A stretch of 64,000 nucleotides of DNA from Candidatus Fermentithermobacillaceae bacterium (GTDB lineage: Bacteria; Bacillota; Sulfobacillia; Fermentithermobacillales; Fermentithermobacillaceae): positions 2,059-66,058 of the forward strand of contig DUSI01000047.1 in the NCBI GenBank assembly GCA_012842685.1. Reading direction: 5' to 3'. The first letter of the stretch is position 1. Each line of letters opens with the position of its first letter. Positions 27,624-37,826 of this stretch are shown one piece after another. A program made the translations under genes and the position numbers. The notes beneath the pieces are model-generated. The model did not search any database. It saw nothing but the letters and a program-made list of their open reading frames with translations, and had not been told where the DNA came from.

Positions 27624-28792
27624 GGAAGGACTACTATGAGATACTCGGCGTTCCCAAGAACGCCACCCAAGAAGAGATAAAGAGGGCCTTCAGGCAGCTC
27701 GCTAAGAAGCACCATCCCGATGCCAACCCGGGAGACAAAGAGGCCGAGGCGCGTTTCAAAGAGATAAACGAGGCCTACGAGGTGCTCTCTGACCCCCAGA
27801 AGCGGGCCAACTACGATGCCTACGGACATCCGGACGGGCCCTTCGCCGGCGGGGCAGGGGGTTCTGCGGGCGGCGGCCGGACGGCCGGCGATCCTTTTGG
27901 CAGGGTCTTTGGGGATTTCGGCGGCTTCCCGTTCGGAGACCTCTTCGAGGGGTTCGAGGAGATCTTCGGCGGGGGCAGGAGGCAGGCCGATACCGGACCC
28001 CGCAGGGGTGACGACCTCGAGCTGGAGCTGGACATAACCCTGGAAGAAGCCTTTACGGGCGTGGAGCGCGACATAAGGATCCCGCGGACCGAGAGGTGCC
28101 CGAGGTGCCAGGGAAGCGGCGCCGAGCCGGGGACCGAGACAAAGACGTGTCCTACCTGCCACGGGAGCGGACAGGTGAGGACCACGAGGGTTACCATGCT
28201 GGGCTCCTTCGTGACGATCACCACGTGTTCAAGGTGCGGCGGCACCGGCAAAGTCGTCGAGAAGCCATGCCGGGAATGCGGCGGTAGGGGCGACGTCTCC
28301 AGGACCAAGACAGTCACAGTCACTGTGCCGCCCGGGGCAGATTCGGGACTCAGGCTCAGGCTCCAGGGACAGGGTAACGCCGGCGTAAGGGGCGGCCCTC
28401 CGGGGGACCTATATGTAGTCGTGTTTGTAAGGCCCCACGAGCGTTTCCAGCGCCAAGGGGATGACCTCATACTCGACCAGGTAGTGAGTTTCCCTCTCGC
28501 GGCCATAGGTGGAACCGTGACGGTCAAGGGTATAGACGGAGAGTTCGAGATGGACGTGCCCGCCGGGACCCAGCCGGGGGCGGTCCTCAGGCTCAGAGGC
28601 AAGGGTATGCCGCGCCTCAGGTCCAAAGGAAGAGGCGACATGCTGGTCAGGGTTAACGTGAGGGTCCCCACCAAGCTTACGAACCGGGAAAAAGAGATCT
28701 TGAAGCAGATCGGAAAGCTGGACGGAGAGACCTTCGCCGATACGAGGTCGTTTTTCGACAAGCTGAGAGGGGCTGACGGAGGGTCCAAGTGA
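27620..28792 (+). CDS. dnaJ: molecular chaperone DnaJ (type I: J domain, G/F region, four CxxCxGxG zinc fingers)
   Basis: (M)[33 protein letters not shown]...; [35 protein letters not shown] start overlapping the chaperonin stop. Confidence 0.92.
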   Translation: MRKDYYEILGVPKNATQEEIKRAFRQLAKKHHPDANPGDKEAEARFKEINEAYEVLSDPQKRANYDAYGHPDGPFAGGAGGSAGGGRTAGDPFGRVFGDFGGFPFGDLFEGFEEIFGGGRRQADTGPRRGDDLELELDITLEEAFTGVERDIRIPRTERCPRCQGSGAEPGTETKTCPTCHGSGQVRTTRVTMLGSFVTITTCSRCGGTGKVVEKPCRECGGRGDVSRTKTVTVTVPPGADSGLRLRLQGQGNAGVRGGPPGDLYVVVFVRPHERFQRQGDDLILDQVVSFPLAAIGGTVTVKGIDGEFEMDVPAGTQPGAVLRLRGKGMPRLRSKGRGDMLVRVNVRVPTKLTNREKEILKQIGKLDGETFADTRSFFDKLRGADGGSK

Positions 28793-29544
28793 GCAAGAAC
28801 CAGAGCCATACCCCGCCCCTATATTTCGTCGATCCCTCCATGGTTTTGGGGAGCCAGATCGTCCTTACCGGGGACGCCTACCGGCACGCCCTGGCCCAGC
28901 GGCTCTCGCCGGGTGAAGTTTTCAGGGCCGTCTTGGGCGAGACCGAGTATACCGCGGAAGTCGAGGGGATCCTTCCGGGAAAACTCGTGGCGTCCATCAC
29001 CGGCCGTGTGCGCGTAAGCCCGCCGCCCGTCAGGATCCACCTTTACGCAGCCCTGCTTAAGCACCAGAATCTGGACCTCGTGGTGGAGAAGGCCACGGAG
29101 CTCGGTGTTTCCTCTTTCACGCCCATCGTGACCGCGAGGACCATACCGCGGCTCAGTCCGGAAAAAGCGGCTGCGAGGCGGGAGCGCTGGATAAGGGTTG
29201 CAAAGGCTGCCGCCGAGCAATCGGGCAGGGGGACGCTCCCCGATGTCCGCGACGTGAGCACCCTCGAACAGATCCTCGACCGGGGGGTGCCTGGCGTGCG
29301 TCTCCTCGCCCACGAGCACGAAGGGCTAACGGTGCCCATCGGCGTGGCGACCCGGGGACACGCCGAAGCTTCCATCATCGTGGGGCCCGAAGGCGGCCTG
29401 GATGCCTCTGAGGTAGAGATGGTCCTTTCGAAAGGCTTCACGCCCGTCTCTCTCGGCCCATACATCCTGAAGGCCGAGACCGCAGGGATAGCCGCGGTGG
29501 CGGTGCTTATGAGCTTCATGTCGGCCGGTTCTACGGAGAGGTAG
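28789..29544 (+). CDS. rsmE: 16S rRNA (uracil1498-N3)-methyltransferase RsmE
   Basis: 251 aa. PUA-like N-terminus and SPOUT domain. Position after dnaJ matches Firmicutes synteny. Confidence 0.85.
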   Translation: MSKNQSHTPPLYFVDPSMVLGSQIVLTGDAYRHALAQRLSPGEVFRAVLGETEYTAEVEGILPGKLVASITGRVRVSPPPVRIHLYAALLKHQNLDLVVEKATELGVSSFTPIVTARTIPRLSPEKAAARRERWIRVAKAAAEQSGRGTLPDVRDVSTLEQILDRGVPGVRLLAHEHEGLTVPIGVATRGHAEASIIVGPEGGLDASEVEMVLSKGFTPVSLGPYILKAETAGIAAVAVLMSFMSAGSTER

Positions 29545-29576
29545 CACCCACATAAGCTCTACCGGGTGGTACCTTT

Positions 29577-30293
29577 ATGTTCGTCCTCAAGCGGAAGTAT
29601 CTGTGGGGGGCCGTTTTGTCGGCGATCCTGTGGGCGGCATGCGTTCTTAACCTCTTGGGGATGTACCATGCAAGGGAGGCAATGGCCGGCGTGGCCCCCA
29701 TAACCCGGGGGTACTCGGGACGGCCCTACGTCTCGCTCATGTTCAACGTCGACTGGGGAGAAGAGCATATCCCCCCTCTCCTCGATATATTGGCCTCGAA
29801 AGGCGCGCTCGCGACGTTTTTCCCGACCGGAACTTGGGCCGAAAAGAACCCGTCTCTCCTCCAAAGGATAGTGGCGGAAGGGCACGAGATCGGTAACCAC
29901 GGAGGAGCCCACAACCACATAGAGAGGATGGGAAAACAGAGCCTCCAGCGCCTCATCCAGAGCGGCGAAGAAAGGATCTACCAGGCCTGCGGCGTCTATC
30001 CCTCCAAACTTTTCGCGCCGCCTTACGGAGAGTGGTACGATAAAATAGTGGAGTACGCGCTGGAACTCGGATACCAGACGGTGCTCTGGACCGTGGACAC
30101 CGTGGATTGGAGACTGCCCGAACCTGAAGCCATCTGGAAGCGGGCCCTCGCCGGGGTCGTCCCAGGCGCTTTGATCCTCATGCATCCAACAGAACCCACC
30201 GTATCTGCGCTACCCACCCTCATAGACGGCCTCAGGGAAAAAGGCCATACAATAGTGACTGTGTCGGAGAACATATCTGACCGCCTGCGGTAA
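29577..30293 (+). CDS. polysaccharide deacetylase family (NodB-homology) protein, PdaB-like
   Basis: N-terminal TM; ...MFNVDWGEE...GHEIGNHGGAHNH... is the NodB catalytic motif. Confidence 0.8.
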   Translation: MFVLKRKYLWGAVLSAILWAACVLNLLGMYHAREAMAGVAPITRGYSGRPYVSLMFNVDWGEEHIPPLLDILASKGALATFFPTGTWAEKNPSLLQRIVAEGHEIGNHGGAHNHIERMGKQSLQRLIQSGEERIYQACGVYPSKLFAPPYGEWYDKIVEYALELGYQTVLWTVDTVDWRLPEPEAIWKRALAGVVPGALILMHPTEPTVSALPTLIDGLREKGHTIVTVSENISDRLR

Positions 30294-30358
30294 AGATATA
30301 ATGTTGGAAAACGACGAAGCTTCCAGCGACTAGAAAGGTAAGGTAAAGCGCTTTGCCC

Positions 30359-31633
30359 ATGAGGACCGTTTCCTTCCGCACTTTTGGATGCAAGCAGAAC
30401 CGCTACGACACCGATTTTCTCAGGGAGAGCTTCGAGAAAAAGGGTTTCAAAGTCGTCCAGGGCGACGCGGACGTGGTAGTCATAAACACTTGCGCGGTGA
30501 CCTCGAGGAGCGCCCAGAAATGCCGCCAGGCCATACGGGCCGCGGCCAGAAGAGGCGCCAAGGTGGTCGTGACGGGCTGTTACCCACAGATCGCCGCCGG
30601 CGAGGTAAGCCGGATCCCGGGGGTTATGGTGGTCTCGGGAGTGAGGGAGAGGAGCCGTCTCCCCGACCTCGTGCTCGAGGCTCTCGAGCGCGGTGAGCCC
30701 ATCGTGGATGTGAAGCCCCACGTCCAAGACGAGGAGTTCGAGGATACCCCGGTGGAGAGACCCGACCTTACCCGGGCCTTCCTCAAGATCCAGGAAGGGT
30801 GCGGAGACTTCTGCACCTACTGCATAGTCCCCTACGCGAGGGGGCCTTCCAGGTCGAAAAGCCCAGAAAGCGTCGTCGAAGAGGCGGAGAGGCTCGTGAG
30901 GAGCGGTTACAAGGAGATAGTCCTGACGGGTACCCACATCGGCCTCTACGGCGGGGGAGGCGCGCTGCCGAAACTCATCGAGCGTGTGAGCCGGATCGAC
31001 GGGCTCATACGTATCCGCGTAAGCTCCCTGGAGCCCCACGACGTGACGCCCGAACTTATCGACTGCCTGAGGCTGCCCAACGTATGCCAGCACCTCCACC
31101 TCCCACTACAGAGCGGGAGCGACCGCATCCTGCGCATGATGGGGCGGAGATACGACGTGGCGCTCTTCATGGACATCGTCCGGAAGGCGAGGAAGGTCGC
31201 ACCGGACCTGGGCCTTACCACGGACATAATCGCCGGGTTCCCGGGGGAGACCGAGGCCGATTTCCAGGAAACCTTGTCCGTCATGAAAGAGGCGGCTTTC
31301 TCGAGGGTTCACGCTTTCAAGTATTCGGACCGTCCGGGGACGCGGGCGTCCGGCTTCAGGGACAAAGTGCCCGAGAGAGTAAAGGAAGAAAGGGTTTCGC
31401 AGGTGATTGCCCTGGGACGGGAACTTTCGGAGGATTTCCACCGTAGACTTGTTGGTAGGGATTTCGAGGTCCTGGTGGAGGATGACCGCGAAAAGGACGG
31501 ACTTCTGGCCGGCTTCACGAGGAACTACGTGAGATGCCGGTTCCCCGGCGATGATGACCTCAAGGGGAAAGTGATAGGTGTTACGGTGCAAGAAGCCGGT
31601 CCCACGGACGTAACCGGTATCCCTAGACGCTGA
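30359..31633 (+). CDS. mtaB: tRNA t6A37 methylthiotransferase MtaB (radical SAM MTTase, YqeV-like)
   Basis: FGCKQNRYD MTTase N-domain and radical SAM CGDFCTYC motif. ATG at 30359 (the track starts 2 codons earlier). Confidence 0.85.
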   Translation: MRTVSFRTFGCKQNRYDTDFLRESFEKKGFKVVQGDADVVVINTCAVTSRSAQKCRQAIRAAARRGAKVVVTGCYPQIAAGEVSRIPGVMVVSGVRERSRLPDLVLEALERGEPIVDVKPHVQDEEFEDTPVERPDLTRAFLKIQEGCGDFCTYCIVPYARGPSRSKSPESVVEEAERLVRSGYKEIVLTGTHIGLYGGGGALPKLIERVSRIDGLIRIRVSSLEPHDVTPELIDCLRLPNVCQHLHLPLQSGSDRILRMMGRRYDVALFMDIVRKARKVAPDLGLTTDIIAGFPGETEADFQETLSVMKEAAFSRVHAFKYSDRPGTRASGFRDKVPERVKEERVSQVIALGRELSEDFHRRLVGRDFEVLVEDDREKDGLLAGFTRNYVRCRFPGDDDLKGKVIGVTVQEAGPTDVTGIPRR

Positions 31634-31639
31634 TTTAGG

Positions 31640-32749
31640 GTGATGAGCGTGCTCAGACTGGGAGTTATTTTCGGCGGGAGATCTGGCGAACACGAGATTT
31701 CGGTGATGAGCGCTTGTTCGGTTATGGCGGCTGCGAAGCAAGCAGGTTTTCAGGTGGTCGCCATCGGGGTGACCAGGCAAGGGCAGTGGGTTTACCTGAG
31801 GGACGGAGAGGCCTTCTTGGAGGCCGGGCATCCGGAAGTGGCGCCAGAGATGGGCCCGTCCTGCTTCCTGCTTCCCGATCCGGACAAGAAGGGCGTGTGG
31901 GTAAACGGCGGGGGGACCATGTTCCTCGTGGAGATAGACGCGGTCTTCCCGGTCCTCCACGGTCCCTATGGCGAAGATGGTACTCTCCAGGGACTCCTGG
32001 AGCTATCGGGCATACCCTATGTAGGCGCCCCGGTCTTGGCATCTGCCGTGTGCATGGACAAATACACGACCAAACGCATCCTGGCTTCCCACGGCGTCCC
32101 TCACGTGCCTGCCATACCCGTCGAGCGGTATGCCTGGAGGACGAAGAGGGAGGAGGTACTTGCGAACCTCCTCGAACGCGTGAGCTACCCGCTTTTCGCC
32201 AAACCTTCCGGGTCCGGGTCGAGCCTCGGAGTTACCAAAGTGAAGAGCCCGGACGCCCTGGCAGGTGCCCTCGATGAGGCATTTCTCTACGATACGAGGG
32301 CTCTCGTCGAGCCTGCCATGGAGGGATGTCTGGAGGTGGAGTGCAGCGTCCTGGGGAACGAGGAACCGGTTGCGTCCATAGCAGGGCAAATCCTCCCTCG
32401 TCGCGAGTTTTACGACTATGAAGCCAAGTATCTTGAAGACACCACCGAGCTGGCGATCCCGGCCAGGCTGGACCCTGAGATGATGGAGATGGTCCGCGAG
32501 CTGGCGGTCCAGGCGTTCCTGGTAACCGGGTGCAAGGGTATGGCGAGGGTGGATTTCTTCGTTGACCTCAAGGCGAGAAAGGCCTACGTGAACGAGCTCA
32601 ATACCATCCCCGGTTTCACTCGCGTAAGCATGTATCCTAAGATGTGGGAAGCCAGCGGGCTGTCGTTCCCGGAACTCGTGAAGAGGCTGGTGGACTTGGC
32701 CCTTGAGCGCCAGACCCAGTCGTGGCGCGAGGTCTACCGAAGAACATAG
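31640..32749 (+). CDS. ddl: D-alanine--D-alanine ligase
   Basis: ...LGVIFGGRSGEHEISVMSA..., ATP-grasp domain. The true start may be GTG at 31649. Confidence 0.9.
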   Translation: MMSVLRLGVIFGGRSGEHEISVMSACSVMAAAKQAGFQVVAIGVTRQGQWVYLRDGEAFLEAGHPEVAPEMGPSCFLLPDPDKKGVWVNGGGTMFLVEIDAVFPVLHGPYGEDGTLQGLLELSGIPYVGAPVLASAVCMDKYTTKRILASHGVPHVPAIPVERYAWRTKREEVLANLLERVSYPLFAKPSGSGSSLGVTKVKSPDALAGALDEAFLYDTRALVEPAMEGCLEVECSVLGNEEPVASIAGQILPRREFYDYEAKYLEDTTELAIPARLDPEMMEMVRELAVQAFLVTGCKGMARVDFFVDLKARKAYVNELNTIPGFTRVSMYPKMWEASGLSFPELVKRLVDLALERQTQSWREVYRRT

Positions 32750-32762
32750 CCCTAAGTCCTGA

Positions 32763-32792
32763 TTGACCTAGGGAATTGACATATTGTACAAT
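32763..32792 (+). promoter_or_regulatory. candidate sigma-A promoter of rpsU (-35 TTGACC, 18 bp spacer, -10 TACAAT)
   Basis: Hexamers read directly from the sequence. About 55 nt leader to the rpsU RBS GGAGGGAGGG. Confidence 0.55.
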
Positions 32793-32847
32793 CCTCTGTG
32801 TTATTCGGGAGCGGGAGAAACTCCTGCGGCGGAGGGAGGGACAGAGT

Positions 32848-33033
32848 TTGCCAGAGGTTAGGGTTGGCAAGGATGAGAGCTTCGAGAGCGCCCTACGCCG
32901 CTTTAAGAGGGAGTGCCAGAAGGCAGGCATCCTCCGGGATGTGCGCAAGCATGAGCACTACGAGAGCCCGAGCGTGAGACGGAAGAAGAAGTCGGAGGCT
33001 GCGCGCGCCCGCAGCAGGAGGCGTGGATACTGA
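32848..33033 (+). CDS. rpsU: 30S ribosomal protein S21
   Basis: (M)[63 protein letters not shown] start at 32848. The track ORF carries a spurious N-terminal extension. Confidence 0.9.
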   Translation: MPEVRVGKDESFESALRRFKRECQKAGILRDVRKHEHYESPSVRRKKKSEAARARSRRRGY

Positions 33034-33095
33034 TCCGGCCCCTAAGCGGCCGTTTGGGCGGTTCTTCTTGAAAAGTTCGAAATCAAGATGAAAAA

Positions 33096-33136
33096 GGAAG
33101 GGCGGGGGAAACCCCGCCCTTCCGGCTTTTCTCTTG
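33096..33136 (+). terminator. rho-independent terminator after rpsU (GGAAGGGCGGGG-GAAA-CCCCGCCCTTCC + GGCTTTTCTCTTG)
   Basis: Perfect 12 bp stem with a GNRA-like loop and a T-rich tail. Confidence 0.8.
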
Positions 33137-33249
33137 CCTGCGGATCGAAGTTTAAGGCTTTCTCCGCGTTTCCGCTGAAGCCCATCTCTGGAAATAGGGA
33201 CGCTAAAGCAATTGACCCATGCCCCTCTCATAGACATGAGTGAGGGGGA

Positions 33250-33525
33250 GTGGTCGTGCTGAGGAAAATCAAACAGGACCTCGCGGAGATCCTGGAGCTC
33301 CCCTTAGACGTGAGCCTAGACCTTCCGAAAATCGTCATCGTGGGGGAGCTCGGCGTGCTCATCCAAAACCACCGCGGCCTCATCCAGTACTCGCCCGACC
33401 GCATAGTGATTGGTGTCGGCTCGGGCCAGGTAACGGTGACGGGCGATTCTCTCAAGATAAGCGAAGTCAACCAGGAAGACATGCTCGTGAGAGGCCGCAT
33501 AAAGACGGTCCAGATGTCCACCTGA
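33250..33525 (+). CDS. yqfC: sporulation protein YqfC (YabP/YqfC family)
   Basis: 91 aa. ...LDLPKIVIVGELGVLIQNHRGLIQYSPDRIVIG... is typical of YabP/YqfC. Followed by yqfD as in Bacillus. Confidence 0.8.
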   Translation: MVVLRKIKQDLAEILELPLDVSLDLPKIVIVGELGVLIQNHRGLIQYSPDRIVIGVGSGQVTVTGDSLKISEVNQEDMLVRGRIKTVQMST

Positions 33526-33546
33526 AGATCCAGGAGACCGGGAGGT

Positions 33547-34716
33547 TTGTACTTGTCCCCGGCTAGGCTAGGTTACTGGTTCACAGGGTACGTGCTGGTG
33601 GAGGTCCGCGGCAAGAACCCGGAACGGCTGGTAAACCTCTGTCTCGTGTCAGGCTTTCCCGTCTGGGGGTTCTCCGCGGATGAAGGGGCCGTCTATTTCT
33701 ACACGACTCTCCCCAAGTACAGGTCCATCAGGAAACTCGCCAGGAAATCCAGATGCATCCCGCGCATAAGGAGGCGCTTTGGACTCCCTTTCATCGTCGC
33801 CCGGGTGAAGAAGAGGCCTGCATTCTTGCTCATGGCCTCGCTCATGTTCGCGCTCTTTGTCTACATGGCGGGCTCGACGTGGTCGATCCAGGTGAAAGGC
33901 AACGAAACCGTGCCAAGAGAAGAGATCCTCAAGACGGCGGCTTCGGCCGGGCTCGTCCGCGGAGCAAGAAAGAGCGATATCTCTCCTTCCGAAGTGGAGG
34001 CCGCCATCCTCAGGGCTCATCCCGAACTCACCTGGGCGTACGTACATTTCCAGGGGACGCTCGCGGTTATCGAGGTGGTTGAGAAAACGAGACCCCCGAC
34101 CGAACTCCCCGGGGACGTGGTGGCGGCCAAAGACGGCGTGGTGACTTCAGTGCTGGTCCTCTCTGGAACCCCAGTGGTCGTCCCGGGGCAGACCGTAAGA
34201 GCGGGCGATGTGCTCATAAGAGGCGCGCCGGGAGATGCCCGGAACGGAGCTCGGGGTACGGTTCTCGCGCGAACGTGGTACGAAATCTACAGGGAGGTCG
34301 AGCTTTTCTCAAGCGTGCCTGTGAGGACGGGCAGAAAACTGGAGGTCAAGGTCCTGAGATACAGAGGGACCGAATTCGTCCTTGGCGGGAGACACAACGC
34401 CTTCGAGTGGTATGAAGTTGAGGATTACCCGGAGATTGTCCTCTTTGAAGGTAGCCCTATGGAGATTTCGGTCATAAGCAGGGTTTTCTACGAAACCGCG
34501 TGGGTGAGGCGGGAGGTCACCGAAGAAGAAGCGGTAGGGCTCGCCAAGCAGGAAGCCCTCGAGACCATAGAAAGGAAATTGCCTTCCTCCGTTAAATTGG
34601 TAGACTTAAGCTGTGAGACAGTCTCTCTAGGCGAAGGTGTGATCGGCATAAGGCTCGTCCTTTCCGTGGAAGAAGACATAGCTCTCGTCAGGCCGTGGTC
34701 TGGACGGGAAGGTTGA
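33547..34716 (+). CDS. yqfD: sporulation protein YqfD (stage IV sporulation, YqfD family)
   Basis: 389 aa, central TM helix, conserved yqfC-yqfD-phoH order. Confidence 0.8.
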   Translation: MYLSPARLGYWFTGYVLVEVRGKNPERLVNLCLVSGFPVWGFSADEGAVYFYTTLPKYRSIRKLARKSRCIPRIRRRFGLPFIVARVKKRPAFLLMASLMFALFVYMAGSTWSIQVKGNETVPREEILKTAASAGLVRGARKSDISPSEVEAAILRAHPELTWAYVHFQGTLAVIEVVEKTRPPTELPGDVVAAKDGVVTSVLVLSGTPVVVPGQTVRAGDVLIRGAPGDARNGARGTVLARTWYEIYREVELFSSVPVRTGRKLEVKVLRYRGTEFVLGGRHNAFEWYEVEDYPEIVLFEGSPMEISVISRVFYETAWVRREVTEEEAVGLAKQEALETIERKLPSSVKLVDLSCETVSLGEGVIGIRLVLSVEEDIALVRPWSGREG

Positions 34717-34736
34717 ATGGAGGTTGATCACCTAAC

Positions 34737-35717
34737 TTGCCGTCACAAGAAAACCACATAGTCTTCGAGCTTTTGGACAACGGTGAGATGTTCCGCCTGT
34801 TCGGTTCCTACGACGAAAACCTTGCCCTGCTTGAGGATGGTCTCGACGTGAAGATCGTCGCCCGCGGCAAGAACCTCACCGTCTACGGGAGCGAGGAAGC
34901 TCTCGAAGTGGCCCAAGCGGTCTTGAGGCACCTGATAAGTCGCGCCAAATCGGGGCACAAGGTGACAACCCAAGACGTACGCTATGCCATCAGGTCAGTG
35001 CGGGAAGGGAACGAGCTCGCCGAGTACGGAGATACCATCCTCGTGAACGTCCGTGGCCGGCCCATCGGACCTCGTACTCAGGGTCAGAAGGAATACGTCC
35101 AGGCCATCAGAGAGAATCCCCTGGTTTTTGGGATAGGACCTGCGGGGACGGGCAAGACCTACCTGGCGGTAGCTATGGCGGTGGCCTCGTTCAAGAAAAA
35201 GGAAGTCGACCGGATTATCCTCACAAGGCCTGCCGTCGAAGCAGGGGAGAGGCTCGGGTTCCTTCCGGGGGATATCCAGGAAAAGGTGAACCCCTATCTG
35301 AGGCCTCTTTATGACGCGCTGTTCGATGTCTTGGGGATTGAGACTTTCCAGAAATACATGGAGCGGGGGCTCATCGAAGTCGCGCCCCTCGCCTACATGA
35401 GGGGACGGACCCTCGAGTCGTCCTTCATCATACTCGACGAGGCCCAGAACACCACGCCCGAGCAGATGAAGATGTTTCTCACCAGGATGGGGCTCAACTC
35501 CAAGATGGTGGTTACAGGCGACATTACCCAGATAGACCTACCCAAGGGGACGTACTCGGGACTCGAGCAGGTGAGGATCGTATTAAGGGATATACCTGGC
35601 ATAAGCATCGTGTACCTGTCCGACAGAGATATCGTCCGGCATGAGCTGGTGTCAAGGATCATAAGGGCTTACGAGAAATACGAAACCAAAGCCCGGAGTG
35701 AGGAGCCCAGAAACTAG
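34737..35717 (+). CDS. phoH: PhoH-family ATPase (PhoH-like / YbeZ)
   Basis: Walker A GPAGTGKTYLAVAMAV; conserved PhoH C-terminal domain. Confidence 0.9.
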   Translation: MPSQENHIVFELLDNGEMFRLFGSYDENLALLEDGLDVKIVARGKNLTVYGSEEALEVAQAVLRHLISRAKSGHKVTTQDVRYAIRSVREGNELAEYGDTILVNVRGRPIGPRTQGQKEYVQAIRENPLVFGIGPAGTGKTYLAVAMAVASFKKKEVDRIILTRPAVEAGERLGFLPGDIQEKVNPYLRPLYDALFDVLGIETFQKYMERGLIEVAPLAYMRGRTLESSFIILDEAQNTTPEQMKMFLTRMGLNSKMVVTGDITQIDLPKGTYSGLEQVRIVLRDIPGISIVYLSDRDIVRHELVSRIIRAYEKYETKARSEEPRN

Positions 35718-37807
35718 TGGTAGCGAAGCCAGAAAAAGAGGCGCGATCCAAGAACAATAAGGACAAGTTGTCGTTTCAGGCGGTGCTCAACGAGATAGCC
35801 CGCTGGAGATGGGAGATCATCTGGGGCGGCGCTGCTTTTCTCGTTATGTTCACCACCTTTTTCCTATCGCTAATGCCCCAGCCGGTGGGGCTTCAGGCAG
35901 GCGACGTGTCGCCGATAGACATCAAGGCTCCGAGAGAAGTCATCGATGTCGCCGCCACTGAGGCCCTGCGCCAGCAGGCTGCCGCAAATGTACCCGAGCA
36001 GTGGGAAAAGGACCCCAAGGTCCTGGCCGACCTTAAGGCCCAGGTGTCTACCTTCAGGGAGACGGTGGCCCGCCTGCAGGCGGGAACCCCGACCACGCAG
36101 GAGATCATCGGGTCGCTCAGGCCTTTCCTGGGCGAATCCATGTCCGACTCCGATATCATCGCCCTGGCTGCGTCCCAGCCTGAGCTCTTGGACATAGGTA
36201 TAGCGAAGCTCATCGCCGTCTTGGAAGAGGGGCTTGGGGCGGGGATTAAGTCCGAAAACCTGGCTTCGGCGAAGGCCGAGATGGTTGCGGCGCTCGCCTC
36301 TTCTCCCGAGATCCCGGCGTCTATCTCCAAAGCCCTCGGGTCTTTCGTCGAGAAAAACCTCAAAGCCAACTGGGTGCTCAACGAGGAGAGCACGGAGAGG
36401 GAGAGGCGGAAAGCGGCCGAAGCCGTGGAACCAGTGAGGATCCGCAGGGGGCAGTTTATAGTACGCGAAGGCGATATCGTAACCGACGAGCAGATGGCGA
36501 TCCTCGAGGAGCTAGGCATGGTGGGGCCGCGGGTCCGCTTCACCGCGGTCGCCGGAGCTCTCCTCATGTCGGCGCTGGTTATCGGGATTGTCTACTTCTA
36601 CCTAAGGGCCCACCACCCGGATGTACTGGGTTCTCAGAAAGTGGCGGTCTTGTCTTCTGTGCTCATGGTCAGCGTCGTGGCCATCGGGGGTATGGCGGCC
36701 TTCAGCGGGTTCCTCATACCTGCCGCGACGGGGGTACTCCTGGTATCGACGCTTTTCGACAGGCGGTTTGGGGTGCTCTTCAGCGCCTGCATGACTCTGG
36801 TCGCGGGGACAGTCACTGGGTTTGACGTGCGATTCATGGCTCTGGCTCTCTCGGGCGGGCTCACCGCGAGCCTCATCCTGAGGTCCGACTGGAACAGGAT
36901 GCACCTCATCCGGGCTGGCTTTGTTGTCGCGCTGACAAACACCGCCACCTATATCGGGCTGGGTCTCACGGGGACGGTACCCTGGGACGACATCCTGTCG
37001 TGGCGGGATATGCTCATGGTCATGGTGGACGGCCCGTTCTCGGCCGTCCTTGCGGTGGGGCTCTTGCCCCTGTTTGAGGCGGCTTTCGGGATCATAACCC
37101 CCATTAAGCTCCTGGAGCTTTCAAACCCGGAGCACCCGCTCCTCCACAGGCTCCTCCTCGAGGCGCCGGGTACTTACCACCACAGCATAATGGTGGCCAA
37201 TTTGGCCGAGGCGGCCGCCATGGCCATCGGCGCAGACAGCCTCCTGGCCAGGGTAGGGGCGTATTACCACGATATAGGCAAGATAAAGCGCCCGTACTTC
37301 TTCACGGAGAACCAAATCCAGGGTATGGAGAACCCTCACGACAAGATGAGCCCAACGCTTTCGGCTACGGTCATCATGTCCCACGTCAAGGACGGGCTGG
37401 AGCTGGCGCGGGAGCACAAGGTGCCTCAGGTGATACAGGACTTCATCGTGGAGCACCACGGCACCATGCTGGCTTCGTACTTCTACAACAAAGCCGCCGA
37501 AAGCTCCGACCGGGTCCCTGAAGAGTGGGATTTCAGATACGAAGGGCCGAGACCCAGGAGCAAGGAGACGGCCGTCGTGATGCTGGCCGACGGGGTGGAG
37601 GCGGCGGTCCGTTCCCTTTCCAAGCCGACGCCCGCCAGGATCGAATCGGTTGTCCGCAAGATCATAAACGACCGGCTCCTGGACCACCAGCTCGATCGCT
37701 GCGACCTTACTCTCAAAGAGCTGGACATCGTGTCGGAGACATTTACCAAGGTGCTTGCGGGCATGTTCCACACGAGGATAGAATATCCCGAGCAAAAGGC
37801 AAAGTAA
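35717..37807 (+). CDS. pgpH: cyclic-di-AMP phosphodiesterase PgpH (7TM receptor with intracellular HD hydrolase; YqfF-like)
   Basis: 696 aa. Extracellular N-domain, 7 TM helices, C-terminal HD domain HHSIMVANLAE...YYHDIGK.... GTG start overlaps the phoH stop by 1 nt. Confidence 0.85.
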   Translation: MVAKPEKEARSKNNKDKLSFQAVLNEIARWRWEIIWGGAAFLVMFTTFFLSLMPQPVGLQAGDVSPIDIKAPREVIDVAATEALRQQAAANVPEQWEKDPKVLADLKAQVSTFRETVARLQAGTPTTQEIIGSLRPFLGESMSDSDIIALAASQPELLDIGIAKLIAVLEEGLGAGIKSENLASAKAEMVAALASSPEIPASISKALGSFVEKNLKANWVLNEESTERERRKAAEAVEPVRIRRGQFIVREGDIVTDEQMAILEELGMVGPRVRFTAVAGALLMSALVIGIVYFYLRAHHPDVLGSQKVAVLSSVLMVSVVAIGGMAAFSGFLIPAATGVLLVSTLFDRRFGVLFSACMTLVAGTVTGFDVRFMALALSGGLTASLILRSDWNRMHLIRAGFVVALTNTATYIGLGLTGTVPWDDILSWRDMLMVMVDGPFSAVLAVGLLPLFEAAFGIITPIKLLELSNPEHPLLHRLLLEAPGTYHHSIMVANLAEAAAMAIGADSLLARVGAYYHDIGKIKRPYFFTENQIQGMENPHDKMSPTLSATVIMSHVKDGLELAREHKVPQVIQDFIVEHHGTMLASYFYNKAAESSDRVPEEWDFRYEGPRPRSKETAVVMLADGVEAAVRSLSKPTPARIESVVRKIINDRLLDHQLDRCDLTLKELDIVSETFTKVLAGMFHTRIEYPEQKAK

Positions 37808-37826
37808 GAAAAGCGGAGGCCGTGAA

